Shown piece by piece: positions 1-10,600 of a DNA stretch of 64,000 nt (position 1 is the stretch's first letter; every line of letters begins with the position of its first letter). The notes beneath the pieces were generated by a model. It was not told the origin of the DNA. It worked only from the letters and a program-made list of their open reading frames with translations, and ran no database searches. Source of the DNA: Selaginella moellendorffii (lineage: Eukaryota > Plantae > Lycopodiophyta); contig NW_003314262.1 of assembly GCF_000143415.4 (NCBI RefSeq), forward strand, positions 2,778,603-2,842,602, written 5' to 3'. The position numbers and the translations under genes are program-made.

Positions 1-159
1 GGCAGCTCATCACCCAACACTGGGTCTGGCCTTCCTGGGCCAAACTGGCCTTTCCTGGCCAAACTGGCTCCACTGCAGTCCTCCCCCTTACTATACTTTT
101 GGGGCTCACCAAACCCCCCAGGGTCTGGGAGACGAACGCTTTGGGCTTTCACCCTCTCA

Positions 160-880
160 GACTCCGGACTCGGACTCGGACTCGGACTCGGACTCGGACT
201 CGGACTCGGACTCGGACTTGGATTCGGACTCGGACTCGGGCTCGGGCTCGGGCTCGATCTCGGCCTCGGCCTCGGTCTCGGTCTCGGTCCCAATCTCGGT
301 CTCGGTCTCGGTCTCGGTCCCGGTCTCGGTCCTGGTCTCGGTCTCGACTTCGGACTCCATCTCGGACTCCATCTCGGACTCCGTCTCGGGTCCATCTCGG
401 GTCCATCTCGGACTCCATCTCGGACTCCATCTCGGACTCCATCTCGGACTCCATTTCGGGTCCATCTCGGGTCCACCTCGGACTCCATCTCGGACTCCAT
501 CTCGGACTCCATCTCGGACTCCATTTCGGGTCCATCTCGGGTCCACCTCGGACTCCATCTCGGACTCCATCTCGGACTCCATCTCGAGTCCATCTCGGAC
601 TCCATCTCGGACTCCGTCTCGGGTCCATCTCGGGCAGGCTCTACCTTCCATCTCGGACTCCATCTCGGACTCCATCTCGGACTCCATTTCGGGTCCATCT
701 CGGGTCCACCTCGGACTCCATCTCAGACTCCATCTCGGACTCCATCTCGAGTCCATCTCGGACTCCACTTCGGACTCCAACTCGGGTCCATCTCGGGTCC
801 ACCTCGGACTCCACTTCGGACTCCAACTCGGGTCCATCTCGGACCCCACTTCGGACTCCAACTCGAGTCCATCTCGGACA
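160..880 (+). repeat. Tandem repeats: (GGACTC/GGTCTC)n hexamers (~160-350) then 12-mer CTCGGACTCCAT array (~350-880), probably within an LTR
   Basis: Periodic sequence read directly; explains the low-complexity ORFs 99-1093. Confidence 0.9.
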
Positions 881-1099
881 CTCCCACGTGTCATGTGTTG
901 GTCCTTTTGGGTCCCTTTTTGGAGCCTCGCCTTTTGCTCGCTTCGTGCTCGTTCCTCGAGCACTTCGTTGGGAGTTCCACTCCCGCTCTTGACTTTTCAA
1001 GTCGGAGCTTTTCGTCCAAACGTGTTACGCTCGTTTGGCTCTCGCTTCGGCCACTACCATGTGGCGCCCTTCCGGCTCCACTTTGGGGCCTAGGGATTT

Positions 1100-1420
1100 T
1101 GTGTCTCACATTAGTCCCAGAGACTAACTCCCAAGCTTGGGGTGAAAGCCCAAAACGTGTGTTCCTCGAGGGGGGGGGGGGGGGGGGGGGCTATGGGGGG
1201 CTCTAAATGTATAGTAAGGTTAGTGGGCAGGTTGGGCATGGCCAAACAACCTGAGACATAGTCTAGCTCTCGCTTGCGTGACTGTCCTTGTTCTGCATCT
1301 GGCTTGGGTTTAAGCCTAAGCTCCACACCATGTTAGCTGATGGAGTACCCATATCCTTGCGTTAGACCACCAGTATGCCAAAATAGCGCTAAACTCCGTT
1401 TGCCTCCGTTTTGCATGCTG
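1100..1420 (+). mobile_element. LTR-like segment, diverged inverted homolog of the gypsy LTR at ~3900-4210
   Basis: cccagagactaactcc...polyG...cagtatgccaaaat (1116-1384) is the diverged reverse complement of attttggcatactgg...polyC...ggagttagtctctggg (3933-4201). Confidence 0.7.
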
Positions 1421-1744
1421 GTCTTGGCATTGGGATGTTGGATGCTCTAGGACTGCTCCAAGTCACTTTGTGCTCCTGGCCCTTTGCTCCTTAGGCTGTA
1501 TGCTTGGAAGTTGCTCCATCATTCGGTTCGTTTGCTCCTTGGCTTCTAGCTTAGGAGTTTGGCACCGTTCCTTCGTTTAGTGGCCTAAAGCATTGAAACT
1601 CAGGTTCCACACCACTATCCTTTGGACACGTGGCATATGTCTCATGGCATGTGACACATGGTATATGGACGGTTTAGGTTCTGCTTCATGGTTATCCTAT
1701 GGTAAATCACCATAGGACAAAGGGTAAAAACCACGTACACTACA

Positions 1745-3600
1745 CCTGGTGGTAAATCCTTTGGAAAGATATCCTCATTCTGCACCAACAACTCCAATAT
1801 CTTCTTTGGTACAAAATCAACCCCATCACCAATTCAAACTAAGTTACCAACATTCTTAGCTTCCATCACTTGAACCCAAAAGGTTTGACATCCCTTCTTA
1901 GCTGCTTTTTGAGCGGGTCTCGTAGTCAGGAACTTAGCATCCCAATCCTTTGAGAAGAGCTTTTGCAACTAGAAGGACACATCAAGATGTCCTTCTAACT
2001 TCAACATGATACGACTTTGTCCAACACCATAAATCCCTTTAATATATTTGTTGAAGAAATCCATACCAAACACCATTTGAAAATTTGGTATCTTCAACAC
2101 TGCCAAGTCCACTCTTTCTTTCCACTTGGATATTTTTATTGAAACATCACTCATAAATTTTTTGGCTACTTGCCCACCTTCTGCAAACCAGAAGTATATG
2201 GGCGACATTTGCTCAGCATTCAATCCTAACAACTTAACTAAGTCTTCGGATATCACACTGTGTGTAGCTCCCATGTCAATCATCACTTAGATTCGGTGTC
2301 TGCAAACAAAGCCTACCAAATATATCAACGGATCAATGTTTGCATTGACTCCGAGAAAAGCTTGAGAAAAGTAACAAAAGTAACTCACCTCCTCTTCCTC
2401 ATAGTCTACATTGACCAACTCCTCAACCCCTTCAACTTCACCACCACTATCTTCCCTTATGACATTAACATGAGACCTTGTCTTATGCTTGTTAGGACAT
2501 TCCTAGGACCTATGTCCTGACTCTCCACAATAGAAGCAATGACCCACACTACCTGTTCCGCTAAGAGCAGGTTTCATAGGTTGCTATTGCTTGTACCCAC
2601 TAGGAGGCGAAATAGAGGGCCTAGGACCAGAAGAAGCTGTTGGTGGTCTCCAACCACCACCACCTTTGTTAACCGTTGCTTGTGAGCCTCTAGGGCGAAA
2701 CCTTCCTTCCACCCTCTGTTTCCGATCACCTTGTTTATTCCCATAATTCTTATTCTTGTCCGAGGTACCAACATACGGTTGCTGATATTGTTCCATGAGC
2801 GAGTGACTAAAGGCGACTTGTTGTGCTGTCTCTTTACACTTCATGTACGTCTTTAGCTTAAACTTCAAAATCTCATTGCAAGAAAGTGAACTTAAACCCT
2901 TCAAGAAGTAATTTTGAGCATCTTCATCACCATATTTGCAATCATAATGTGCTTTTGAGCAAACGCATTAACGTAATGCATAAGGTCCCCTCGCTACTTT
3001 AACTACCGCAGCTCTGCGTGAAGTCTCAGACCAAGATCATCCAGCAAGTACTCCTTATGGATACGAGATCCCATCTTGGTCCAACTTTTAGTCTGCCCTT
3101 TTTTAACACACACCTAGCACCACCAAGTTTTGGCATGATCAGTGAGAAAGGATTGCACACACGTAACTTTCATACAATCATTTACATCTGCCGTTGTGAA
3201 ATATTTTTCCATATCGTAGACCCAGCCTTCCAAAACCTAATAGTCCCACATGCCTCTGAAATTGGGTGGTTTTGGAGGCTTGAACTTTGAAACTCGTGCA
3301 ACTGGGGGCAGTTGCAGAACTTCATCATCCTCAAAACTTGAAGAGGAGTCCAGTTGCTTAGGTTTAATTGGTTTAGCTACCTTAGCTTCTTTCTTCCTTT
3401 TCTTGTTCTCCTTCTTCAATTTGCGAACTTCCCTTCACAAATTCTCTATCTCAACTTCCTAAGCCATACACTACAGTGTTGTAACATTTTGCTCTTCCTC
3501 TTCTGACTCAATCCGCCTCTTCTGCAACATCTTTAGTAGGAGTTTCCTCCTCTTGATTAGCCCGTCTAGAGGTTTCAGCATCATCAACACAGTTCCTTTT
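1745..3600 (-). pseudogene. Ty3/gypsy gag-protease region, decayed, truncated just before RT
   Basis: Aspartyl protease motif IDMGATH (ORF 1969-2286); CCHC knuckle CFYCGESGHRS*EC (~2500-2545); gag-like KPPKPPNFRG; linker EDIFPKDLPPG at ~1745-1790; stops and frameshifts. Confidence 0.85.
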
Positions 3601-3784
3601 CACCATCCTGCTAGCTGCATGCATGCCTCTATCAGTAATTTAATATGCATATAACATTCTTACCGAATGGTGCAATCTAATTAATCCTACATAGGTCATT
3701 TCAGATCTACTACAAAAGTCTCTGCGTATGCAACTTGAGTCAGAAAATCTGACAAAAGTTGGATAAGAATTGCTGAGATAATTC

Positions 3785-3795
3785 CTCTAATACCA
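3785..3795 (-). promoter_or_regulatory. Primer-binding site (tRNA-Met type) of the gypsy element
   Basis: Minus strand TGGTATTAGAG 2 nt after LTR end ...CTACA (3798). Confidence 0.75.
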
Positions 3796-5188
3796 AATGT
3801 AGTGCACATGAATTTTGAGCCAAACTCCAAGCCCGTTGCACTACAAAATAAAGGTTTGGTACAATCCCACGAGCATTAGCTCCCCGTATCCAACACCTCC
3901 ATGCAAAATAGTGTTAGACAGAGTTTGTCACAATTTTGGCATACTGGTGGCCTAACATGAGGAGGAGGGTACCCCACTGACTAAAGCAATGTGGAGCTTG
4001 GGCTTAGACCCAAGCCGGATGCAGAACAAAGAGCGACATAGCTTAGCGGGAGCCAAACTAATGTCTCAAGTGGTCGGACATGCATTCCAACCACTATCCC
4101 TATTATACATTTAGAACCCATACCTCCCCCCCCCCCCCGAGGAACACACACTTTAGGCTTTCACTCTAAACCTCCTTTAGTACCAGGAGTTAGTCTCTGG
4201 GATAAGCTCGAAACTTACTAAATATGGAATGTCTTTAGATTGTGAATTTAGACACGAGACAAACACCATTGTGTTCAAGCCAATCTCTACATTCCATAGA
4301 TGTGCCAAATGAATGAATCTAGACACTTTCCATAAATAACATTTGGGACCGAAATGAGACTAATACAAAAGGTATGATAGCGAGGGTGTTTGGCAAACAC
4401 AGTAAGCTATCATATAACGATATTGAGGGGCTATACTCAATATCGAGGGGGTTCCCAACACTAGCAAGTGCAAGTCAGCAAATGAGTTTGTCTAACTAAG
4501 TCAAATATGCTTAACAAATAACATATAGGAATTTTGTCCTTATGCTCATTTGATCAAGTGCACACGTAATGACTAGTTTCTCAACTAGCTTGGGTGGAGA
4601 CCATAAAAAGTACTAACAATACCGACCTTCTGCTATCGTGGTAGTAAAGAAAGAGTGTCTATAAAGACTGACCGACAAGTATCTTTCGATATTCGAAGTT
4701 ATATTTGCGACATTAACTAAATGACAATTTAAGATTTCCTTCCTTAAAGCTCTATTTCGTTAAAGTGGGAATTGTCATTATCCCACTTGTAAAATAAAGT
4801 TTCCAAACCTTTATATAGTATATAAATATAACAAAATTCAACTGTATTGAGGCACATGCCATTTTATTTTAAACAAGGAAATGTCTACTCAATCACTTCT
4901 CTTCCCCCTGCCACTGCTTCACCTCTCTTTTCTCCTTGTCATCGTCGTCCAATTTCTTTCCATCCTTTTAATATTGGCTCAGTTGCTCCGAGTCTAGGTG
5001 GAGCCCAAGTCCCCATTCAATCTTTACTTTCCCCTTATTAATAAAACAACTTCGTAGACTTCCAATAACATGTTGTAACACTTCTAGTATAATGCAAATC
5101 CTCTCAAAGAATTGTCTTTTAATATTAATACAATGGCATGGAACCCCATGCCATAATAAGTTACATTTTTAAATAAATACATGCCATC

Positions 5189-6073
5189 TCAGACTGTTAT
5201 TTTTTGCCTCCAACGCCTATACAATAATCTTGGAATTTCATCACTCTCCACACTATTAGGATTTAAACCCAATAGAAATGCCATCTCTTCTCTAATACGT
5301 CCACGCTCACGTTCAGTGGTCGAAGAACCCATCCGGTTGAGCAGATTATGGAGATACGGATAGTGCTTGGCTAGACAATATACATGCCATAAATGATGAC
5401 TGGTGTCTGTCCGATCAAATGGCTTCTGATATACCGTTCCATCTGCCATTTGGTTGATTTCTGTAGCCACCTCCTGGACTGGCCGGTTCTCTATCACCAT
5501 CGCTTCAAGCCGTTTTGCAAGGTCCCCCAGAACATACGGTTTCTTCTCCCTAGTTTCCATACTGCAAGAGATGGGGTGCACTGCATATGTGTGCGTGTTC
5601 GCTGCAGTTTTAATCGGCGAGTCATCGATGATGAGGATTTCACTTGACCTAGCAGTCCGGTTCATCACTACAGCCTCTGGCTTGACGAAGATGGGCTTGC
5701 TACCCCTCACATGGACCATAGTCAAGCAATCCTCTTGTGTTAGGAGAAAGTCAAATGGTAATATTACTCGCGTTTGATCGTGCATCATCTGTAGCAACGT
5801 TAATGCATTGTGGCGCATCATGGATGTCCAAACTCCCAATTGCAAATTGAACCCGGCCCTCTGTTTTAAGTGTCGCATGGTCATTATTAGATCCCGCAGT
5901 TTCTCCCGTGTGATTAATGTGAATCTGTCTCTTTTGACCAACTTGCGACCGCAGGCTTTGGAGGGTGTAGTGACATTCGAGGACGAGCCACGCTCATGGG
6001 AGAAAAGGACACCGTTCAGATCAAAAACGATACAGTACTTTCGCTGTGACTCTGAAATGAAATGCGTCAGCAT
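5189..6073 (-). CDS. FCP1/NIF-like HAD phosphatase domain, probably the last exon of the transposon cargo gene
   Basis: CIVFDLNGVL (motif I variant), LGVWTS, KPIFVK, ILIIDDSPIK; upstream frame 6067-6633 joins via a T-run frameshift and an in-frame stop. Confidence 0.7.
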   Translation of the reverse strand: MLTHFISESQRKYCIVFDLNGVLFSHERGSSSNVTTPSKACGRKLVKRDRFTLITREKLRDLIMTMRHLKQRAGFNLQLGVWTSMMRHNALTLLQMMHDQTRVILPFDFLLTQEDCLTMVHVRGSKPIFVKPEAVVMNRTARSSEILIIDDSPIKTAANTHTYAVHPISCSMETREKKPYVLGDLAKRLEAMVIENRPVQEVATEINQMADGTVYQKPFDRTDTSHHLWHVYCLAKHYPYLHNLLNRMGSSTTERERGRIREEMAFLLGLNPNSVESDEIPRLLYRRWRQKITV

Positions 6074-6634
6074 AAAAAATGGTACAAGTCAATTTTACCA
6101 TCTACAATATTAGCGAATGGTGCTCCCGATGGTCGTTCAGAGGGTTTTGGTCGAGGAAACGTGAAGGGCGGAAATACTCTCCTCTGCAATGTGGGGTCAA
6201 TCGCATCCGATGGCGTGTGGGCACATGCCATTTCAGCTGTAGACTCTGGTACAACTGGCTCAACAATGGCATGGGGTGGTTCCGATGGCGTGTGATCACA
6301 CGCCATTTCAGCTGGTGCCTCCGTTGGCAAAGTGGACATGACCGAACAGGCAGCAGGGGCGGTGTAGGGTGGTTCCAACGGCGCCTAGTCAGACGATTGG
6401 GCACACGTTGAGTCCGTTGGAAATGAGGATACGACCGGCTCGGCGGCTGGGGCGGCCTCATGCGGGTCCAATGGCGCCTGGTCACCGTCAATTGGATACG
6501 TGGACAAGATTGACTCAGTGGTATGGGTAGCATCAAGTGGAGCGTGGTCAGCTTGCTTGGCATTGATATGGATAGTAGCCTCCACCAGCTCTGATGACTC
6601 TTGCAGGCAAGTAGAGTCCACTGGCGGATCCATA

Positions 6635-7626
6635 TGTAAGCAACCAAAGGGAACGACTCGAGAGACGATCCATGGGGTTCAAATATAGAGGGAAAGGGCC
6701 CATGAATAAAAGTGCACCCCCTTTTCCAATCGGTTAAGGGTCTTGGGATATTTGGGGTTAAGCGTCCTTGGGTTTGAATAGTACTGGGCTGGGTGACCTC
6801 CCGGGAAGTCCAAACTCAGGAGCTTACATTTGGTATCGGAGCGGTCTCGGGTCCGACTCTGTTGGTTGGCTAGGGGAATCACACCACATGTTGATTGACA
6901 TCTGGCTGGTCCAGTTTGCTCCCGCTGGGCTCAACCCGAGGGGTAGGGTGTCAAGAGAGCGAGGCTCTCGGGAGAGCTGCGGCTCTCAGCTTCCGTTCAC
7001 GAGGGCGTGAACTTGCAGGGAAGCGTGGTGGATTGTAAGCAACCAAAGGGAACGACTCGAGAGACGATCCATAGGGTTCAAATATAGAGGGAAAGGGCCC
7101 ATGAATAAAAGTGCACCCCCTTTTCCAATCGGTTAAGGGTCTTGGGATATTTGGGGTTAAGCGTCCTTGGGTTTGAATAGTACTGGGCTGGGTGACCTCC
7201 TGGGAAGTCCAAACTCAGGAGCTTACATTTGGTATCGGAGCGGTCTCGGGTCCGACTCTGTTGGTTGGCTAGGGGAATCACACCACATGTTGATTGACAT
7301 CTGGCTGGTCCAGTTTGCTCCCGCTGGGCTCAACCCGAGGGGTAGGGTGTCAAGAGAGCGAGGCTCTCGGGAGAGCTGCGGCTCTCAGCTTCCGTTCACG
7401 AGGGCGTGAACTTGCAGGGAAGCGTGGTGGATTGTAAGCAACCAAAGGGAACGACTCGAGAGACGATCCATAGGGTTCAAATATAGAGGGAAAGGGCCCA
7501 TGAATAAAAGTGCACCCCCTTTTCCAATCGGTTAAGGGTCTTGGGATATTTGGGGTTAAGCGTCCTTGGGTTTGAATAGTACTGGGCTGAGTGACCTCCC
7601 GGGAAGTCCAAACTCAGGAGCTTACA
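6635..7626 (+). mobile_element. Cassandra TRIM tandem array: three 194-bp LTRs (6635-6828, 7034-7227, 7433-7626) and two internal domains
   Basis: TGTAAGC...GCTTACA termini; PBS TGGTATCGGAGC (6831); purine tract before each LTR; 5-bp TSD CCATA (6630-6634 / 7627-7631); 399-bp period; 5S-derived segment in each LTR. Confidence 0.93.
6756..6811 (+). promoter_or_regulatory. 5S rRNA-derived Pol III internal promoter (A box/IE/C box) in Cassandra LTR; repeated at +399 and +798
   Basis: GGTTAAGCGTCCTTGGG...TAGTACTGGGCTGGGTGACCTCCCGGGAAGTCC resembles plant 5S AGTTAAGCGTGCTTGGGCGAGAGTAGTACTAGGATGGGTGACCTCCTGGGAAGTCC. Confidence 0.88.
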
Positions 7627-10600
7627 CCATATGCATGTCCAAATATCTCCCTTCGATTGAGATGGTATCCTCCCTACTGGCTACTAAAAACAAACTCATT
7701 AGCACATTGAATCGACTATACTGTACTTACCATCAACTGCTATTGGGCGCACTGCTGATTCTGAAGGATTGGACATACGTTTCGACCCTTGCTTAGCACT
7801 ATCCTTCCTCGACACTAAAGGCTAGAGTTTGTATCTTAATTCAACTGAATAATCTCTACTTACCATTTCTTCTGCGACCTACATGGACAATGTTAAAAAT
7901 GGTAAAAGGTTAGGAATGGATGTACTATTATTTACCTGATGGTTTGTCTTGTATGACCTTCCTCCGCTGCTCTTTGGCCACCTCAGGCTGGCCATCGTCG
8001 TCATCATCGTCATCGTCGTTATTGTGATCGTCACCATTGTGAGGACCATCCAAGTCCTCTTCGTCCTCTTCTTCGTCCTCCTCTTCTTCGTCCTCCTCTT
8101 CTTTGTCCTCCTCTTCGTCCTTCTGCTCTTCCTGCTCATTATCTTTCTTTGGCTCCTCATCCCCCTCCTGCATTTCTTCCATAGGCTGCTCAGACTGGAT
8201 GGCTTGTTTTTCCAGGACCATCTTGGGAAAATCATCTGGCCGAGTCTCCATCTCAAAATACAAGACATCCATAGCCTGTTTTAGTGCTTGACCTAGGACC
8301 GTATCCTCACCCGACTGTCTTAACATGGTTTCTGCACGTTCTTGCACCCTTCGAAGACGACGAGATGAGAAAAACGTGGCCCTGACTTGAAAAGCATCCC
8401 TCATCCATTGTACCTCTCCATTGAGATTGGGGAAGGGGAGTCCGCCATAGGAATCTGAGTCAGGAGGTGGTGACTGGCTCCTTTCACTCAGCCCTTGATC
8501 TGCAATGAATGGCATGAGCACACACGCCATAACCGCGAGGCATTACCTATCATCTTTTCGTTGCCCTTCTTCCTTTTCGAATCAAACGCCTCTGATCCCG
8601 ACGACTGTCCAACGTGCTTTCGCTTTTTATGACCACTGTCAGTTTGAGCTTGGCTGGTGCTTGCCTGTTTTGCCTTTGAAGAAGTGTCTCCTGCAAGGAA
8701 TGGCATGAGACCACACGCCATTGCAAATATAATTTGTACCTCCTTTTTTCCTATTGCTTGTCTGTTTGTCCTTCTTCGACGCGCCACCAGTGCGCTTTTC
8801 AGTCCTCATGTCTGAATATTCACAACGATCTATAATCAAAATGGCGTGAGGCCTCACGTGACCTTACCTTGTGCAGGTTGTGAGCTCGGCCTAACATCAG
8901 TAGCTGTTAACGCCGTTTCAGCATCTAGGGTGGCCACGCTCCTGCATACAGAGCTTGTGAGATAACATTTAAACTTAAAGTGCGTACTCACCAGGTTCGT
9001 AGAGAAGATACTGTTTTTCTTTGGCAACTGTAATTATATGCTCCATTGAAGTCACCTCTTCAATGGAGTTTGTCACCGCAACACACGGGACACCCTTGAG
9101 TAGTGCGGCTCGAAAGAATAGTCCACCGCAGTTGTACTCGACAACGCATTTGCCCTTGGAGTCACCCGCTATTGCATTGAAGACCCAGCTGAGCATTTCC
9201 CATGCTGCACCTGGAGCTTTCTTTGGATTCGAAAGCTCCATAGCCGTCTTCAGTTCCTCAGGCACAGGTAAATTGACCTCCCTCAGATCAATTCAATCGG
9301 CCTTGTCGAACGAAGCTGGGAAGTCACTCCAGTCCCACTCTGCTGCAGGACCAATAACAAGGGCGAGTGTGAAGATGCGGACATTCGTCGGTATCTTCTT
9401 CTTAGCCATTATCCCATGGATCTCCTGCATCTCCTTGCCTTTCAACCGAGCCTTCACCTCATTCAAGGCCTTCCAGAACTTGTGATAGGATTCGGAGTCG
9501 TAGATCATATAGTGGACTGAAGATTCCACCTCCGCAAGTCCCACCATTAAGTCAATGATGGAGCTGACTTCGTCTGCATGAGTGATCTCCTCGTTTGTGA
9601 AGTCCATCACACAAAAGATGTTCTTGACCTGCTCATCTCCGCGGGAAACGATGCTCCTCCACCTTTGATCCTCATCCGAATTCACGTATACCCGGTAAGG
9701 TTCTCGATAGGCCTCTGTTGCGGGGTCAAGCTGTTTCTAAAGCCGGCGGTCGACATCCCTCTTAATGAAATTTGGATACTGATCCAACTTCTCAGCTTTA
9801 CTTTTCGTGGCATCCCACAACAGATCGATGAACTTGGGGGCCCCCTTCACGTACTCGTCGATGTCTTCATTTGACAACTCCAGCACTTCCATCATCTCTT
9901 GCGTGGTGTCGATGCTCACCCTCTCCACGGCCACTTGCTCGAAGATCCAATCCTTCAATAGCGCACGAGCTCTCAGAGTCGTGCACAAGTCCTCGTATGT
10001 CACAATATGGCCGGGAGTCATTTTGGTCTTGTTGAAGACTACCTCACCACGTAGAAGAGCATTAGCCACTGTCAGAAGGTCGTCGTCGTCTAGAGACCGC
10101 GAGAAACGCAAGGCGTTGAGCTTCAAATCATTGGGCTTCCGGCCGTCCTCCACACCCATTGAGTTTAGCAACTCCCCGTCATGGTACCTCCTCAGCACAT
10201 CTACTCATTTGTCAAAAACAACTTTTGTCACGAGTAGAATGTTATGGATGCTGAGTGTGTCATTGACCCCCAGTGTTTTCAAGAGAAGACTCGAGAATTC
10301 CTGCAATGGAAATGGCGTGAGGCCACATGCTATGCCACATGCAACGAGGCTTACCTGCCAGGCGCTAGTTGCTAGTGCACGTCCTTGTCCTGGTTTTTGT
10401 GGCTTCTTCAGTTGAACCCAGAGCTTCCGTGTTCGTGCCAATGTCTCGTGCAGACCCGATTTGTAGCATGTTTCTTGCTTGACATTCTGCGCGTGGGAGA
10501 TGTATATGATAGATCGGAGGGGCGAGTTGCCTTTTATCAAGCGGACAACTCTTGTCTTGAAGACTTTCTTCACCTCCTCGCCCACCATAATATCCACAAC

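Noticed and set aside
99-1093. Long ORFs on both strands (RS/SD/ME-rich)
   Set aside because: Artefacts of stop-free 6/12-bp tandem repeats.
1100-4210. Inverted repeats 1100-1420 / 3900-4210 as TIRs of one element
   Set aside because: Diverged and internal to LTR-like sequence; better explained as two related LTRs in opposite orientation.
6756-7610. 5S rRNA gene array
   Set aside because: Only ~55 bp of 5S similarity, embedded in LTRs with PBS/PPT/TSD: Cassandra, not rDNA.
9293-10207. Stop read-through or U-to-C editing restoring the cargo ORF
   Set aside because: Nuclear TE with spliceosomal introns; frameshifts and a TRIM insertion also present, so ordinary decay is simpler.
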